From the sequence record SRR31156797_3634: a stretch of 39,335 nt of DNA, one strand, 5' to 3'. Made by a program: the position numbers and the translations under genes. Below are positions 18,398 through 28,823 of the stretch, in pieces (the stretch's first letter is position 1; every line of letters begins with the position of its first letter). The notes under the pieces were generated by a model, which saw only the letters and a list, made by a program, of their open reading frames with translations, was not told the DNA's origin and did not search any database.

Positions 18398-20110
18398 ATG
18401 AAACGTCTCGCTTTGGTCATAATTTGTCTCATAACAATACTTATCGTCGTTCTGGGCACCTATTTCATATCCATGAACCAGCAGGTCGATACCGCGTGGA
18501 ATAATTCCAAAATACAACTTGAAGCATCGCAAAATCTTTTTCTTGATAAAATCAACAAATATAAGCATTTGCCTTTTACTGTCTCCAAAAACAGAACGAT
18601 TCTGAGACTTTTCGAAAACCGTGCCGACCACATCAAAACAGGGATATTGATCAAGGCCATTCAAGTACGGTCAGGCGCGGCTGTCGTTTACATCATGGAC
18701 AAAGAAGGCAACACGATCGCGTCAAGCAATTATGATGAACCAGACAGTTTCGTTGGCAAGAATTATGGATTTCGACCGTATTTTCAACGAGCCATGGATG
18801 GCCGGGAAGGGTCCATGTACGCCATCGGTGCCACGAGTAGCATTCCCGGTTACTATCTCTCCCACCCCATCACGCTGAACTCTAAAATAGTTGGCGTTGC
18901 AGTGGTTAAATTTGAACTCTCGGAACTTCAAAACGCATGGAAAGCCACGAACAACATTGTCATGGCAAAAGACCCAAACGGCGTCATTGTCCTTTCAAGT
19001 CGGGAAGACTGGATCAACAAGACGCTTGCGCCATTACCGAAAGGACTCCTGAAAGCAGCTCGCAAGGGACGTCTGTATAAGGGGGCTCCCCTTGCCCCAC
19101 TTAATGTTTCCACCGGGACAAGTCTGGGCAATCAATGGATCGAAATCAACCAGACACGATATCTGCTCAATGAACAACGGGTCCTCGGCAAACGATGGGA
19201 ACTCATTGTCCTCGTCCCATGGTCCGACATGGTGGACAACAGTCTGCGAAAAAGCCTCATAGCCTTCCTTGCAAGCCTCGCGGCCGCGGCCGGCATACTC
19301 CTCATTCAGGCACACTTCCTCAAAAAACGCATGGAACGCAGGATCGAAAGGGCCAGACGGACCCGACGAATTGACTCTGAAAGAGAGGAATCACTCAGGC
19401 AACTTGCAGATTCCATAGCCCACCAGATTCGCAACCCGCTCATTGGAATCGGAGGCAATGCCAACCTGCTGAAACGGAAAATTCCAGAAGATCAAAGCAT
19501 GGTTGAACATCTCGGAACAATCATGGACTGTTGCCACGATCTGGAACAACTGGTTGTCTCAGTCAGGGATTACATTGACATTATCCCCACACAAACGACT
19601 CTTTTTGACCTAGAAACACTCATTGAAAAATCCCGTTTGGCAGCCATTGAGAGTGTGAAAACTCCACTCGAATCCGTCAATTGGCGTATCAATATCGCAC
19701 CGGTTTCTCTGCCCATGGACGAAGGCCTCATGGGCAAAGCACTCTATGAAATCCTGACTAATGCATTGGAAGCAAGAGACTCCGACACCATTTCCATCGA
19801 AATTATCGGTGAATGGAAGACAACAAAAGAATGCGCCAACAAATTCGAACTCCCCAGCGAGAAATGTTATGTGCTCACAATCTACGACTCAGGCAGTGGT
19901 ATTGACCCAGAAATTTTCAATCATGTCATGGAACCTTTCTTCTCGACCAAACCGCACGGTTCCGGTCTCGGCCTCGCCAAAGCAAAACGCGTCGTACAGA
20001 TATTCAACGGCGAGTTCACAATTGCTTCGCCTGTCCCAGAGCACACGGAATGGAGCACCATGGTACAGTTGACCATGCCATTTTTGGTCGATCTCAAAAT
20101 CGAGCAATGA
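18398..20110 (+). CDS. Membrane sensor histidine kinase with DctB-like Cache periplasmic domain
   Basis: TM, YIMDKEGNTIASSN...SFVGKNYGFRPYF Cache motif, second TM, H-box IAHQIRNPL, and N/G1/F/G2 boxes (NALEA, DSGSGI, FFSTK, GSGLGL); start at ATG 18398. Confidence 0.9.
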   Translation: MKRLALVIICLITILIVVLGTYFISMNQQVDTAWNNSKIQLEASQNLFLDKINKYKHLPFTVSKNRTILRLFENRADHIKTGILIKAIQVRSGAAVVYIMDKEGNTIASSNYDEPDSFVGKNYGFRPYFQRAMDGREGSMYAIGATSSIPGYYLSHPITLNSKIVGVAVVKFELSELQNAWKATNNIVMAKDPNGVIVLSSREDWINKTLAPLPKGLLKAARKGRLYKGAPLAPLNVSTGTSLGNQWIEINQTRYLLNEQRVLGKRWELIVLVPWSDMVDNSLRKSLIAFLASLAAAAGILLIQAHFLKKRMERRIERARRTRRIDSEREESLRQLADSIAHQIRNPLIGIGGNANLLKRKIPEDQSMVEHLGTIMDCCHDLEQLVVSVRDYIDIIPTQTTLFDLETLIEKSRLAAIESVKTPLESVNWRINIAPVSLPMDEGLMGKALYEILTNALEARDSDTISIEIIGEWKTTKECANKFELPSEKCYVLTIYDSGSGIDPEIFNHVMEPFFSTKPHGSGLGLAKAKRVVQIFNGEFTIASPVPEHTEWSTMVQLTMPFLVDLKIEQ

Positions 20111-20125
20111 CAATCAATTGAAAGA

Positions 20126-20593
20126 TTATTTGGCAACACAAGCGAATGAAGCGCGGGTCAACGTCGCAAGATCGTATGGGGAAAGTTCGATATCCACACC
20201 TCTGCGCCCGCCGCTCACAAAGATGGTTTCGTACTCTTCCGCTGAGACATCAATAACTGTCTTAAGCTGCTTTTTCTGTCCGAGAGGGCTCACACCGCCG
20301 ACAACATAACCGGTCACACGCTCGACCACTCCGACATCTGCCATCCCCACTTTCTTCACCCCGATGGCCTTGGCCAACAGCTTCATGTCCAACTGTTTTG
20401 AAACAGGCAGGACTGCCACGGTCAAATCTTTCGCACTGCTCCCGACAACAAGGGTCTTGAAAACTCTTTCAGGGGTAATCATTAATTTTTGAGCCGCTTC
20501 CATGCCATATGATTCGGCAGTTGAGTCATGCTCATATTCGTGAACAAAGAAAGTAATACCGGCCTTTTTCGCCTTATTAATCGCTGGGGTCAT
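20126..20593 (-). CDS. ybaK: Cys-tRNA(Pro) deacylase
   Basis: MTPA N-terminus, VFKTLV, TGYVVGGVSPLGQK and VSGGRRG motifs. Confidence 0.93.
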   Translation of the reverse strand: MTPAINKAKKAGITFFVHEYEHDSTAESYGMEAAQKLMITPERVFKTLVVGSSAKDLTVAVLPVSKQLDMKLLAKAIGVKKVGMADVGVVERVTGYVVGGVSPLGQKKQLKTVIDVSAEEYETIFVSGGRRGVDIELSPYDLATLTRASFACVAK

Positions 20594-20858
20594 AATCTTA
20601 TCCTATAATGTCTTGGCCAGGGGGGGGCTACCACCGCCATGGCGTACAGTTCGGTCCAATTACCACCGAACCATCCCAGACCACAAGCCAGTCAGCCCGT
20701 AAAAAGGATTGATTTGAGCACATCGCAAACGAAAGACAATCCCTGTTGGGATGGAATTATTCAAAACTAAATGATATCGGACAAGAAATACATGGATCAA
20801 AAAAGACACAGGCTGACACTTCGAAAACACCAACCAACCTTCATCAAGGAAGGACCAC

Positions 20859-21962
20859 ATGTCTCATTCACGTTTCAAGGGTACCCTGCTCCTGTTCGTA
20901 GCCTTATTGCTCGCATACCCGCACGCATCACAGGCCTGCACTGGAATGCGCGTTATCGCCAAGGACGGTTCTGTTGCTTTTGGCCGTTCGCTTGAATTCG
21001 GTTTTCCTTCAAAATCCGACATCATGGTTGTCCCGCGCGGCATGACATGGACCGCCTCTGCTCCTGAGGGCAAAGATGGCCTGCAATGGACCAACAAATA
21101 CGCCTTTGTCGGCCCCAATGCTTTTGGGTTAAATCGCCCCCTTGAAGGCATGAACGAAAAAAGCCTGTATGTCGCCGGGTTTTGGATGACAACCGGAGAA
21201 ACCGATTTCCCCAAGGTCAAGCCAACTGATTACCCTAAAGCGATTTCCCAATTAGATATGTGCGCATGGGTTCTCAGCAATTTCGCGACAGTGGCAGAGG
21301 TAAAAAAAGGTCTTTCCAAACAAAAACTGACCGGCGTGGCTCTTGAAGCCATGCACACCACCCCCCTTGCCCATTGGTATGTAATGGACAAGACCGGCAA
21401 GGCAATCGTCATCGAATCCATAGACGGTAAAATTCAATTCTCTGACAATCCTGTAGGCGTTGTCACCAATGCTCCATATTTTGGTTGGCATCTCGACAAC
21501 TTGCGCAACTACATCAACCTACACCCCGCAAATGTTGAGCAATTCAAACTCGGAGAGTATACCGTGCGCCCCTTGGGTGAAGGAACCGGCCTTCTCGGCT
21601 TGCCGGGAGACATGACTCCTCCCTCACGCTTCGTCAGAGCAGCCTTTTTTGCAAACACCGCTATTCAGCCTGCTGACGCGGACGGCGCTGTCACCTTGGG
21701 CATGAACCTGATCGCGAACTTCTCCATTCCCAGAGGGATCACATCATCCGTTGATTCAGAAGGGAAACGCGGCTACGACTATACGCAATGGACAACCGTT
21801 TATGACCTGAGCAGAAAGGCATTGTACTACCGGACCTACATCAACCAAGACTATAAGGTCATATACTTTGACAAACTCCCGCTGGATGGGAAAAAGCAAC
21901 ACATTATCCCCTTGTGGGGCGTCAAGCCTGCTTACGAAGACGTCAGCAAAAATAGTAAATAA
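20859..21962 (+). CDS. Second exported linear amide C-N hydrolase (choloylglycine hydrolase / PVA family)
   Basis: Signal peptide ending SQA, N-terminal CTG, GRSLEF, EGMNEK, TNAP and GLPGD.TPPSRFVRA motifs. Confidence 0.92.
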   Translation: MSHSRFKGTLLLFVALLLAYPHASQACTGMRVIAKDGSVAFGRSLEFGFPSKSDIMVVPRGMTWTASAPEGKDGLQWTNKYAFVGPNAFGLNRPLEGMNEKSLYVAGFWMTTGETDFPKVKPTDYPKAISQLDMCAWVLSNFATVAEVKKGLSKQKLTGVALEAMHTTPLAHWYVMDKTGKAIVIESIDGKIQFSDNPVGVVTNAPYFGWHLDNLRNYINLHPANVEQFKLGEYTVRPLGEGTGLLGLPGDMTPPSRFVRAAFFANTAIQPADADGAVTLGMNLIANFSIPRGITSSVDSEGKRGYDYTQWTTVYDLSRKALYYRTYINQDYKVIYFDKLPLDGKKQHIIPLWGVKPAYEDVSKNSK

Positions 21963-21971
21963 CTAAAAACC

Positions 21972-22013
21972 ACAAGAAAGGCTTGAAAAGAATATCTTTC
22001 AAGCCTTTCTTGT
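21972..22013 (+). terminator. Intrinsic terminator
   Basis: 17-bp stem acaagaaaggcttgaaa / tttcaagcctttcttgt immediately after the stop codon. Confidence 0.8.
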
Positions 22014-22085
22014 ATATCTCCAACAATTGACACCTGTCACCTGATCAGGCAGAGGAATTTCATAAGACTGAATCAAGGAGAGTTG

Positions 22086-22151
22086 ATGATCATTCGTTTT
22101 ATGGATCTTGTGTCTGAAGTTGCCAAAGAGCAAGGCAATCAACAGGCTTAA
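22086..22151 (+). CDS. Possible 21-aa small ORF (MIIRFMDLVSEVAKEQGNQQA)
   Basis: AAGGAG RBS at 22075-22080 directly upstream; TTGACA at 22027-22032; no recognisable homology. Confidence 0.3.
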   Translation: MIIRFMDLVSEVAKEQGNQQA

Positions 22152-22370
22152 ACTGTTTTCCATCCACAGGCCATTGTGGCGTGTAATCAGGTCTCACAGG
22201 CCAGTTTGATGTGTGTTTCTTCCGAAACCACTCATTTATTTTGCCCTCGCTTTGTTGCAACACATTCATCATTGGTTATACTTCCAAAACCTTTGACCTT
22301 GCGTCATGGGTTTTATGACTATGAATCACGGCTGAACTCACAAGCCGCTACAATAAAATGGTGATGACAC

Positions 22371-23480
22371 ATGACAGATCATAACGAATTACAATCAAAT
22401 AAATCCTTCGATCCGACACAGCTCGGCAAATTGGGATGGAATACATACTTTGACCGTCAACTGGCGGACATGGATAGAGGAAACAGTCACATTGCCCGTG
22501 TAATAAGCGTACAGCGTGGACAATTTCTCGTGACAGACGGCCACCACGAACGCCTGTGTTCCGTTGCGGGCAGACTGCTGCACTCAAAAGACCGGGATTA
22601 CCCCATTACGGGGGACTGGATATTGGTTGACGACACCATCATTACCGGCGTCGTCCCCCGCAAGAATATTCTATCCCGTGGCGAAGCAGGCTCTCGTGGC
22701 CACCGAACAAGAACCGCAAAACGCGAACAACCGATTGCCGCCAACCTTGACACAGTCTTCATCGTCTGTGGGCTGGACCGGGACTTTAACACAAGGCGAC
22801 TGGAGCGCTACCTGACGCTGGTCCACAACTATGGACTTCCCCCGGTCGTGGTGCTGACGAAAGCTGACCTCCATGAAAACCCGGAATCGTTTCAACAAGA
22901 CGTTGAAAGCATTGCTTTCGGCGTACCCGTAGTGTTGACATCCATGGAAGATGGAAGAGGTAAGGCCGAACTGGAATGCTACCTCAAACAAGGTCAAACA
23001 GTAGCCATGATAGGTTCGTCCGGTGCAGGGAAATCCACCTTGGCGAATATGCTGCACGGCAGCGACATTCAGGCCACCGGCGCAGTCAGTAATAGCGTCG
23101 GCAAAGGCCGCCATACAACGACAGTGCGAGAAATTATCCGTATGCCGCAAGGTGGATTGCTTATGGACAACCCCGGCATTCGCGAAATAGCATTCCACGA
23201 AGAAGGCAGTGGCATAGAAAACACATTTGCCGACATAGAAGAGTTGGCTACAATGTGCCGCTTTGCCAACTGCTCGCATCAACAAGAACCGGATTGTGCA
23301 GTCCTGCATGCCGTCAAAACAGGCACACTTCTGCCAGAGAGGCTGACAAGCTTCCGCAAGATGCAAAGTGAAATGGACTACATTTCGACACGCCGCACCA
23401 AAAGTGCAGACCGTATCGAAAAAGAACGTTGGCGAGGCGTCTCCCAACGCATAAAGAACATGAAAAAGGACAAAAAATAA
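22371..23480 (+). CDS. rsgA: Ribosome small subunit-dependent GTPase A
   Basis: Circularly permuted GTPase (TKAD, GSSGAGKST, GRHTT, DNPG), N-terminal OB fold and zinc motif CRFANCSHQQEPDC. Confidence 0.95.
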   Translation: MTDHNELQSNKSFDPTQLGKLGWNTYFDRQLADMDRGNSHIARVISVQRGQFLVTDGHHERLCSVAGRLLHSKDRDYPITGDWILVDDTIITGVVPRKNILSRGEAGSRGHRTRTAKREQPIAANLDTVFIVCGLDRDFNTRRLERYLTLVHNYGLPPVVVLTKADLHENPESFQQDVESIAFGVPVVLTSMEDGRGKAELECYLKQGQTVAMIGSSGAGKSTLANMLHGSDIQATGAVSNSVGKGRHTTTVREIIRMPQGGLLMDNPGIREIAFHEEGSGIENTFADIEELATMCRFANCSHQQEPDCAVLHAVKTGTLLPERLTSFRKMQSEMDYISTRRTKSADRIEKERWRGVSQRIKNMKKDKK

Positions 23481-23498
23481 TACACGCCCCACAGGCAC

Positions 23499-23538
23499 AA
23501 AAAAGGCTGAGAAGATTTACCTTCTCAGCCTTATTATT
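23499..23538. terminator. Probable bidirectional terminator
   Basis: aaggctgagaag / cttctcagcctt stem with A/T-rich flanks between convergent genes. Confidence 0.8.
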
Positions 23539-23582
23539 CTGGACACTCACCTCACCAAAAATCAAATTTAAACCATACTCCT

Positions 23583-26500
23583 TCATCCTTTAAACAGATC
23601 CACAGCCCCCTTCAATTTCTGACGAAGCAACGAATCATCGAAACAATTGGCGAGAACAAACTCGGCTGTTAGAAGGACCTTTTTCCAACGAGGTCTCTTA
23701 GGTAGGGTTGTTTCATCAAGATATTTATCCAAAGTCTGCGTTCTAAAATATCCGTCTCTCTCCATATAAACATTCCACAAGCCAGATTGTTCGGCCATGT
23801 CGGCCTTGGTGGTGCCAGTTGACTCGATCCAACAGTCAATAGCCAACCTCATAATTGTGACGGCCAGAGAACGCTTGTTGTCAACCGTATCAAACGATAC
23901 TCGCGAACTCATTCCTTCAAGCAACTGGTCCAAAGATTTCAAATCATCCAAAACCGCCTGCTGATTTTTCACATCACCCGATTCAAGAGAAAGGATGACA
24001 TCCTCCAAATTCACAAATCGTTGCCGGTTTAAATTCAACGCACTATGCAACTGTGTAGAAATAGATGAAGCATGATCCATATTCATGGAACCAGCCGGTC
24101 GAACAATCATCAAACGCAGCGATTCTTCCTCAACTTCTAACCCTGTCACCCAAAAGGAAACCTTAAGTTCACGGCCTTTGCTAACGGATAACAGGACATC
24201 GTCGAACAAATCCGGCATGTCCGACGAAACCGATTCAAAATGCGCAGAATCAAGCAAGGCCACACTCTGTTGCGCCTTGTCATTAACCAGCAATGAAGCA
24301 AGAGGTTGACCGAGCAAGGTGTCGGCAACATTCCCGGTAAGCTCTTCAAAGGGGTGATTACAAAAAGTTATCTCGTTACTTAAATTCACACCGACAATGG
24401 CATCCTCCAAAGAATCCAAAATCTTAGCCAACCTCGCTTGCACAACCCGAAGCCTACTTTCCGTTTTTCGTCGAAGTTCAACTTCACGCTTCAATTTCGC
24501 ATTCTCTTCCAATGCGACATAGGCTTTTTTCAACTTGAGTTGCGTGGCAACACGCGCTCCCAACTCTTCTCGAGAAAACGGTTTCGTAAGATAGTCATTC
24601 GCACCGGCTGCAAAGCCTTTGACGACATCTTCAATCCGATTTTTCACAGTCAGCAAAACTATAGGTAAAATAGAAGCCGGATATTTCTTTCGCAATTCCC
24701 GGCATACCGCATACCCGTCCATAATCGGCATCATAACATCCAGCAGCACCACATCCGGCACGTTACCGTCTTCAATCATCTTTAACGCAATGGGACCGCT
24801 TTCGGCCGTGCGAAAAGATATCTCGGCAAGATTTAAAATGGATGCGACAACCTGCAAATTGACCGGCTCATCATCCACCACCAAAACTTTATAAGCTCCG
24901 TCTGAAGACGTTGTATGACTCTGTAAAGATTCTTCCGTCACAGGAACAGGCAAACTCATTCCTTCCATGAAAGATTCATCAGAATGAAAGGGCTTCGGCA
25001 CGAGAGGCACCGAACCGGGCGGCATGCTCAATAAAAAGGTATCTGCCAAAGGCAGGGAGAAACGAAAGGAGCTTCCCACCCCCTCTTCAGAGACAACTGT
25101 AAGAGCCCCTCCATGCAGTTCCACGAGATGCCCGGCAATTGAAAGTCCAAGCCCTGCCCCCCCGGAACGAGATTCACTTCCTTGGGCATATGCATCGAAT
25201 ATCCATTTCTGATCCTCGGTAGAGATACCCACACCGGTATCAGTGACGACGATTTCCGCAAAACCCTCATGCTGCTCCGCTGAAACAATTATATGACCAG
25301 CTTCGGTAAATTTAAGACTATTTCCAACCAAGTTAAACAAAATTTGTTCAAAACGATCAGGATCTGCTTTTACTGCGGGGAAATCCATCGGGATGCAATT
25401 GATCAATAACATGTCATCATTACGTTTCAAAGCTTCACTCAATGCAAGTACTCGTCGAGCAACCACATACGGCTGGACAGATTCGACCCGCAAAACTACA
25501 TCACGATGCTTCAACCGAGAAAGATCAAGTACATCATTAATAAGCTTTGATAGCCGTTTACCGCTATGAACAATAACCTTCAAATCTCTGGTTGCCGCAT
25601 CGGACAATTCCCTACCACCTCCGGCAAGGAGGGAGTCGGCTATACCGACCATCCCAGCCAATGGCGTTTTCAATTCATGCGTAGTGTTAGCAAGAAATTC
25701 ATCCTTTAATCGGTCCAATTGCACCAGACGAACGTTGGTCGCTTCCAATTCTTCGGAAAGTGCCTCCGTTCGGGCAAACGCATTGGAAAAACGAAAGGCC
25801 AGATAAAAGGCATAAGAAAAGATAAAAACAAAAACCCCAAGAGGACGGAGTAAGGCTGAATTAATAATGTGCAAATCAAAAAGCAGATCAACCAATTCCG
25901 CAAACGCTAGGGCGATATAGCCGACAACAAGTATTCCGATTCCCTTTTCACCACGAAAAAGATCTACAGCGAAACAGCAAAACATATAAACCAATACAAA
26001 ACTACTGATCAAAAAACATGAAAACAAAACGACATCATACGCATTGGGAGGCGTCATGAGAATATAAACAACATAGAGCAGGCCTATGGTCCAATATACA
26101 CGCTCCATGATCCAGCCATATTTCTTGGGGAATAGTCGATGATAAAACATCAACATCAATGGGGCGATCACCCCGTACGGCAACACTGAACAATTGATAT
26201 ACCACTCCCATGAAAGAGACGGAATCAGTATGGTCGCCAAGAACCCGGATGAAGGGCTAAAAATGATCGCAACGCACCAGAATAAACAAAACAATCCAAA
26301 ATAAAGATACTCTCTGCCAGACCGACGCATATAAAAAAGGGCAATATACAAAACACTCAGACAACAAACTGCGCTTGCCATGCATGCACCGAGAAGTCTT
26401 GGCAAAGTATAAAAATCAAGAATTTGGTGAGAAGTGCCGAGAAGTATATCGTTATTCAGACCGCCCTGCACATTATGATAATTGGAAACGCGAAGTTCGA

Positions 26501-27032
26501 TCTCCATGACTCGCCCCGATGCTGGGCATTCTGCAATCACATAATGTCGCATGGGGATTTCGGACTTGAGACTCTTTCCGACGGTGCCGCTCGCTGCGAC
26601 CTTTGTCCCGTTAATCCAGACCTCACAAACCGACATGGCTCCAGCAACCAGAACAGCCATCTGCTCCGGGTGATCGTTGGGCATATTAATACGAAGACGA
26701 TAAATCCCGTTACCCTTCGGGCTCAATACGCGCCCTTGGAAAGTTTCGCCCTCCCACAGGCCAGGTACATGAAAACGATCACTTTTCTCAAAGCCATTCG
26801 TTCGTGTCGAACAAAGGTCTCCGTTCTGCCCACACCACAAAAACTTCCACTCCCCAAAAAGACGCACAGGACCATTGCTGTCAAAATCCCATGAAGAAAG
26901 ATCGATGGCACCACCGAAAGCCCGCGGAGCCGACTCTTGCGGAGTGCACCCCAAAAGAATGAACAACACAGCTGCAGTCAAAAGAATAAAACGAACCGAA
27001 GCCAGATGTGTTCCATTTCTACGCAGCGTCAT
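23583..27032 (-). CDS. Hybrid sensor kinase: 7TM-DISM-type sensor, HisKA, HATPase, REC, PAS and a ChiS-like C-terminal DNA-binding domain
   Basis: Possible lipobox LLGC; extracellular DLSSWDF...GEWKF beta-sandwich; about 7 TM segments; THELKTPL; DTGVGI / GAGLGL; VDDEPVN / LLDVMMP / DYLTKPF; PAS (EDAIVGVN..ITFCN); C-terminal W...SGLWNVY...RTQTLDKYL...PKRPRW. Confidence 0.88.
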   Translation of the reverse strand: MTLRRNGTHLASVRFILLTAAVLFILLGCTPQESAPRAFGGAIDLSSWDFDSNGPVRLFGEWKFLWCGQNGDLCSTRTNGFEKSDRFHVPGLWEGETFQGRVLSPKGNGIYRLRINMPNDHPEQMAVLVAGAMSVCEVWINGTKVAASGTVGKSLKSEIPMRHYVIAECPASGRVMEIELRVSNYHNVQGGLNNDILLGTSHQILDFYTLPRLLGACMASAVCCLSVLYIALFYMRRSGREYLYFGLFCLFWCVAIIFSPSSGFLATILIPSLSWEWYINCSVLPYGVIAPLMLMFYHRLFPKKYGWIMERVYWTIGLLYVVYILMTPPNAYDVVLFSCFLISSFVLVYMFCCFAVDLFRGEKGIGILVVGYIALAFAELVDLLFDLHIINSALLRPLGVFVFIFSYAFYLAFRFSNAFARTEALSEELEATNVRLVQLDRLKDEFLANTTHELKTPLAGMVGIADSLLAGGGRELSDAATRDLKVIVHSGKRLSKLINDVLDLSRLKHRDVVLRVESVQPYVVARRVLALSEALKRNDDMLLINCIPMDFPAVKADPDRFEQILFNLVGNSLKFTEAGHIIVSAEQHEGFAEIVVTDTGVGISTEDQKWIFDAYAQGSESRSGGAGLGLSIAGHLVELHGGALTVVSEEGVGSSFRFSLPLADTFLLSMPPGSVPLVPKPFHSDESFMEGMSLPVPVTEESLQSHTTSSDGAYKVLVVDDEPVNLQVVASILNLAEISFRTAESGPIALKMIEDGNVPDVVLLDVMMPIMDGYAVCRELRKKYPASILPIVLLTVKNRIEDVVKGFAAGANDYLTKPFSREELGARVATQLKLKKAYVALEENAKLKREVELRRKTESRLRVVQARLAKILDSLEDAIVGVNLSNEITFCNHPFEELTGNVADTLLGQPLASLLVNDKAQQSVALLDSAHFESVSSDMPDLFDDVLLSVSKGRELKVSFWVTGLEVEEESLRLMIVRPAGSMNMDHASSISTQLHSALNLNRQRFVNLEDVILSLESGDVKNQQAVLDDLKSLDQLLEGMSSRVSFDTVDNKRSLAVTIMRLAIDCWIESTGTTKADMAEQSGLWNVYMERDGYFRTQTLDKYLDETTLPKRPRWKKVLLTAEFVLANCFDDSLLRQKLKGAVDLFKG

Positions 27033-27241
27033 GTGGAGTTCCCGAAAGCAGTATGTTCAATGCTATATGAATAAATATGATGTGACCCGCCACCTTCAAG
27101 ATGTCTAGTCTTTTCAAACAAAAAGATTCAACAAATCAGCAAACAATATTCGATGTTTCAAAAAAACTTTCCTTTTTCACTCGTATTTACACAATTTAAC
27201 CTTGACGATACTCATACTCAATATGATTTCCCATATAAGTC

Positions 27242-27278
27242 AAAAAAAGAAGGAAAGCCCAAACAGACCTTCCTTCTT
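27242..27278 (-). terminator. Possible terminator after the GT-C-like gene
   Basis: A7 tract plus gaaggaa / ttccttc stem with a long loop. Confidence 0.35.
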
Positions 27279-27377
27279 CATGTGAAAACCACAAGTTCTT
27301 ATCAACCGACTAATGGCAACTATCTAAAATGTCGACACGGCCATACGCCCAATCACGACGATGTTCTCAAAATTCTA

Positions 27378-28823
27378 TTACTCGACTCGAGTTAAGGTTG
27401 GTTGAAACGCCGAATAATCAGATGTGAGGAAATACCACCAATACCAGAAACGGCCTTCCTGATGGAAATCAGTCAACTTAAATTCATACCTCGTATAATT
27501 ATCGCCTGTAGCGTCCTTGGCAAACAACATTTTGCGCTCTTTTTTGTCCACATTGTACAAGTCTTCAAGAGTACCCTTATCCAATTTCATTTTACGGCGC
27601 CAAAAGCCATTCGCCATCCATTCAAGCTTCCCGTATGCCTTATAAAGGCACATGTTTATTGCATAATTATGGACATGACGAGGCCCTTCATACCCAACAG
27701 CTTTAACTGCAACATAACCTGAAGAAGGGGCTTCAACTTGCGAAAATGACTCTGTAAGTGCCTCTTTGAAAACCACGGCAGCGACCTTATGACTATGCCC
27801 TTGATGCTGTAGAACAAGAAAGGCAGCAATAAGCACCCCAGCCACAATAACTCGCGTTTTTTCGGGCCAACGCGATGAAAAATATTGCCCGATGATGACT
27901 AAGCCAAGGGCGCAAGGAATACTCGTCAAATAGGTAAATCGAGAAGTGAAGCTACCGAAAGCGAAAAATCGTAGAGGGCGTCCGACAGCCCAATAAGCAA
28001 GTCCAGAAAAGAAAGCCAAGACGAGGAAGGCCAGCACACATCGTGTAAAATGTTCTTTCTTGTCTTCGCCTGGAAGGAACTTCCTCCCCACAAACATCAT
28101 CCCTAATAGAACAACGGCAAACAGGCCAAAACCTAAGAAATCAGTCAACCTTTCAACGTTAAACGTGTTGTAGTTGCCGCCTTGATGAATGTTGCCAAAC
28201 ATATAAATTGGGATAAAGACACACACAAGAAAGAGACAAAAAGATGCTGTCTTCAACAGCTTCCGCCAAACATTTTCTTTATTCACAGTCATCATGAACT
28301 CTGCACCGGCAAAGCCGACAGCAAAAGCGAATATTGAAAAAAATTGCAGAGAAATAGCAAAAAAGACAAACGCAAGGAGCGGTTTATCCCGCCACAAATT
28401 GACGGCAATCATAAAAAACCAAACACAAAGAATTGATAAGAAAGTGATCCCAGCAGCTAGTGAATGCCAAACAGGAAAAGCAAGAATTATCCAAGCTCCA
28501 AAATATGCATAAGATTCATCGAATCCGAAACGTTTTCTTAAAAGCTTGAACGTTTCTAAAGCTATCCCGCATACAGAGACAACCGTAATCAGATTGACAA
28601 AAACTTTGGGATTCACACCCGTGAAAAGAGAAATTTCATTAAGAGCAAATGAGAGGTAATATTTTACAAATTGAGTCCCTAAATATGGTTTTATGTAAAA
28701 TGGATCTTGTAAATAAAACGCCATTTCCCCCCAAAGCCCGTCCCACATAAAAGTTGTATTAATCAAGAGTGGAGTCAAAGACACGATCCCGACAACAAGA
28801 CTAATCCACTTATATTTATTCAT
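27378..28823 (-). CDS. Polytopic membrane protein, probable GT-C-fold (GtrII/ArnT-like) lipid-linked sugar transferase
   Basis: About 10 hydrophobic segments, WD in the first loop after TM1, soluble C-terminal domain; divergent from the GT2/flippase operon; function inferred from topology and context. Confidence 0.55.
   Translation of the reverse strand: MNKYKWISLVVGIVSLTPLLINTTFMWDGLWGEMAFYLQDPFYIKPYLGTQFVKYYLSFALNEISLFTGVNPKVFVNLITVVSVCGIALETFKLLRKRFGFDESYAYFGAWIILAFPVWHSLAAGITFLSILCVWFFMIAVNLWRDKPLLAFVFFAISLQFFSIFAFAVGFAGAEFMMTVNKENVWRKLLKTASFCLFLVCVFIPIYMFGNIHQGGNYNTFNVERLTDFLGFGLFAVVLLGMMFVGRKFLPGEDKKEHFTRCVLAFLVLAFFSGLAYWAVGRPLRFFAFGSFTSRFTYLTSIPCALGLVIIGQYFSSRWPEKTRVIVAGVLIAAFLVLQHQGHSHKVAAVVFKEALTESFSQVEAPSSGYVAVKAVGYEGPRHVHNYAINMCLYKAYGKLEWMANGFWRRKMKLDKGTLEDLYNVDKKERKMLFAKDATGDNYTRYEFKLTDFHQEGRFWYWWYFLTSDYSAFQPTLTRVE

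Noticed and set aside
20620-20627. G8 tract upstream of ybaK as a phase-variation site
   Set aside because: Short, non-coding, next to a housekeeping gene, and not clearly within a promoter spacer.
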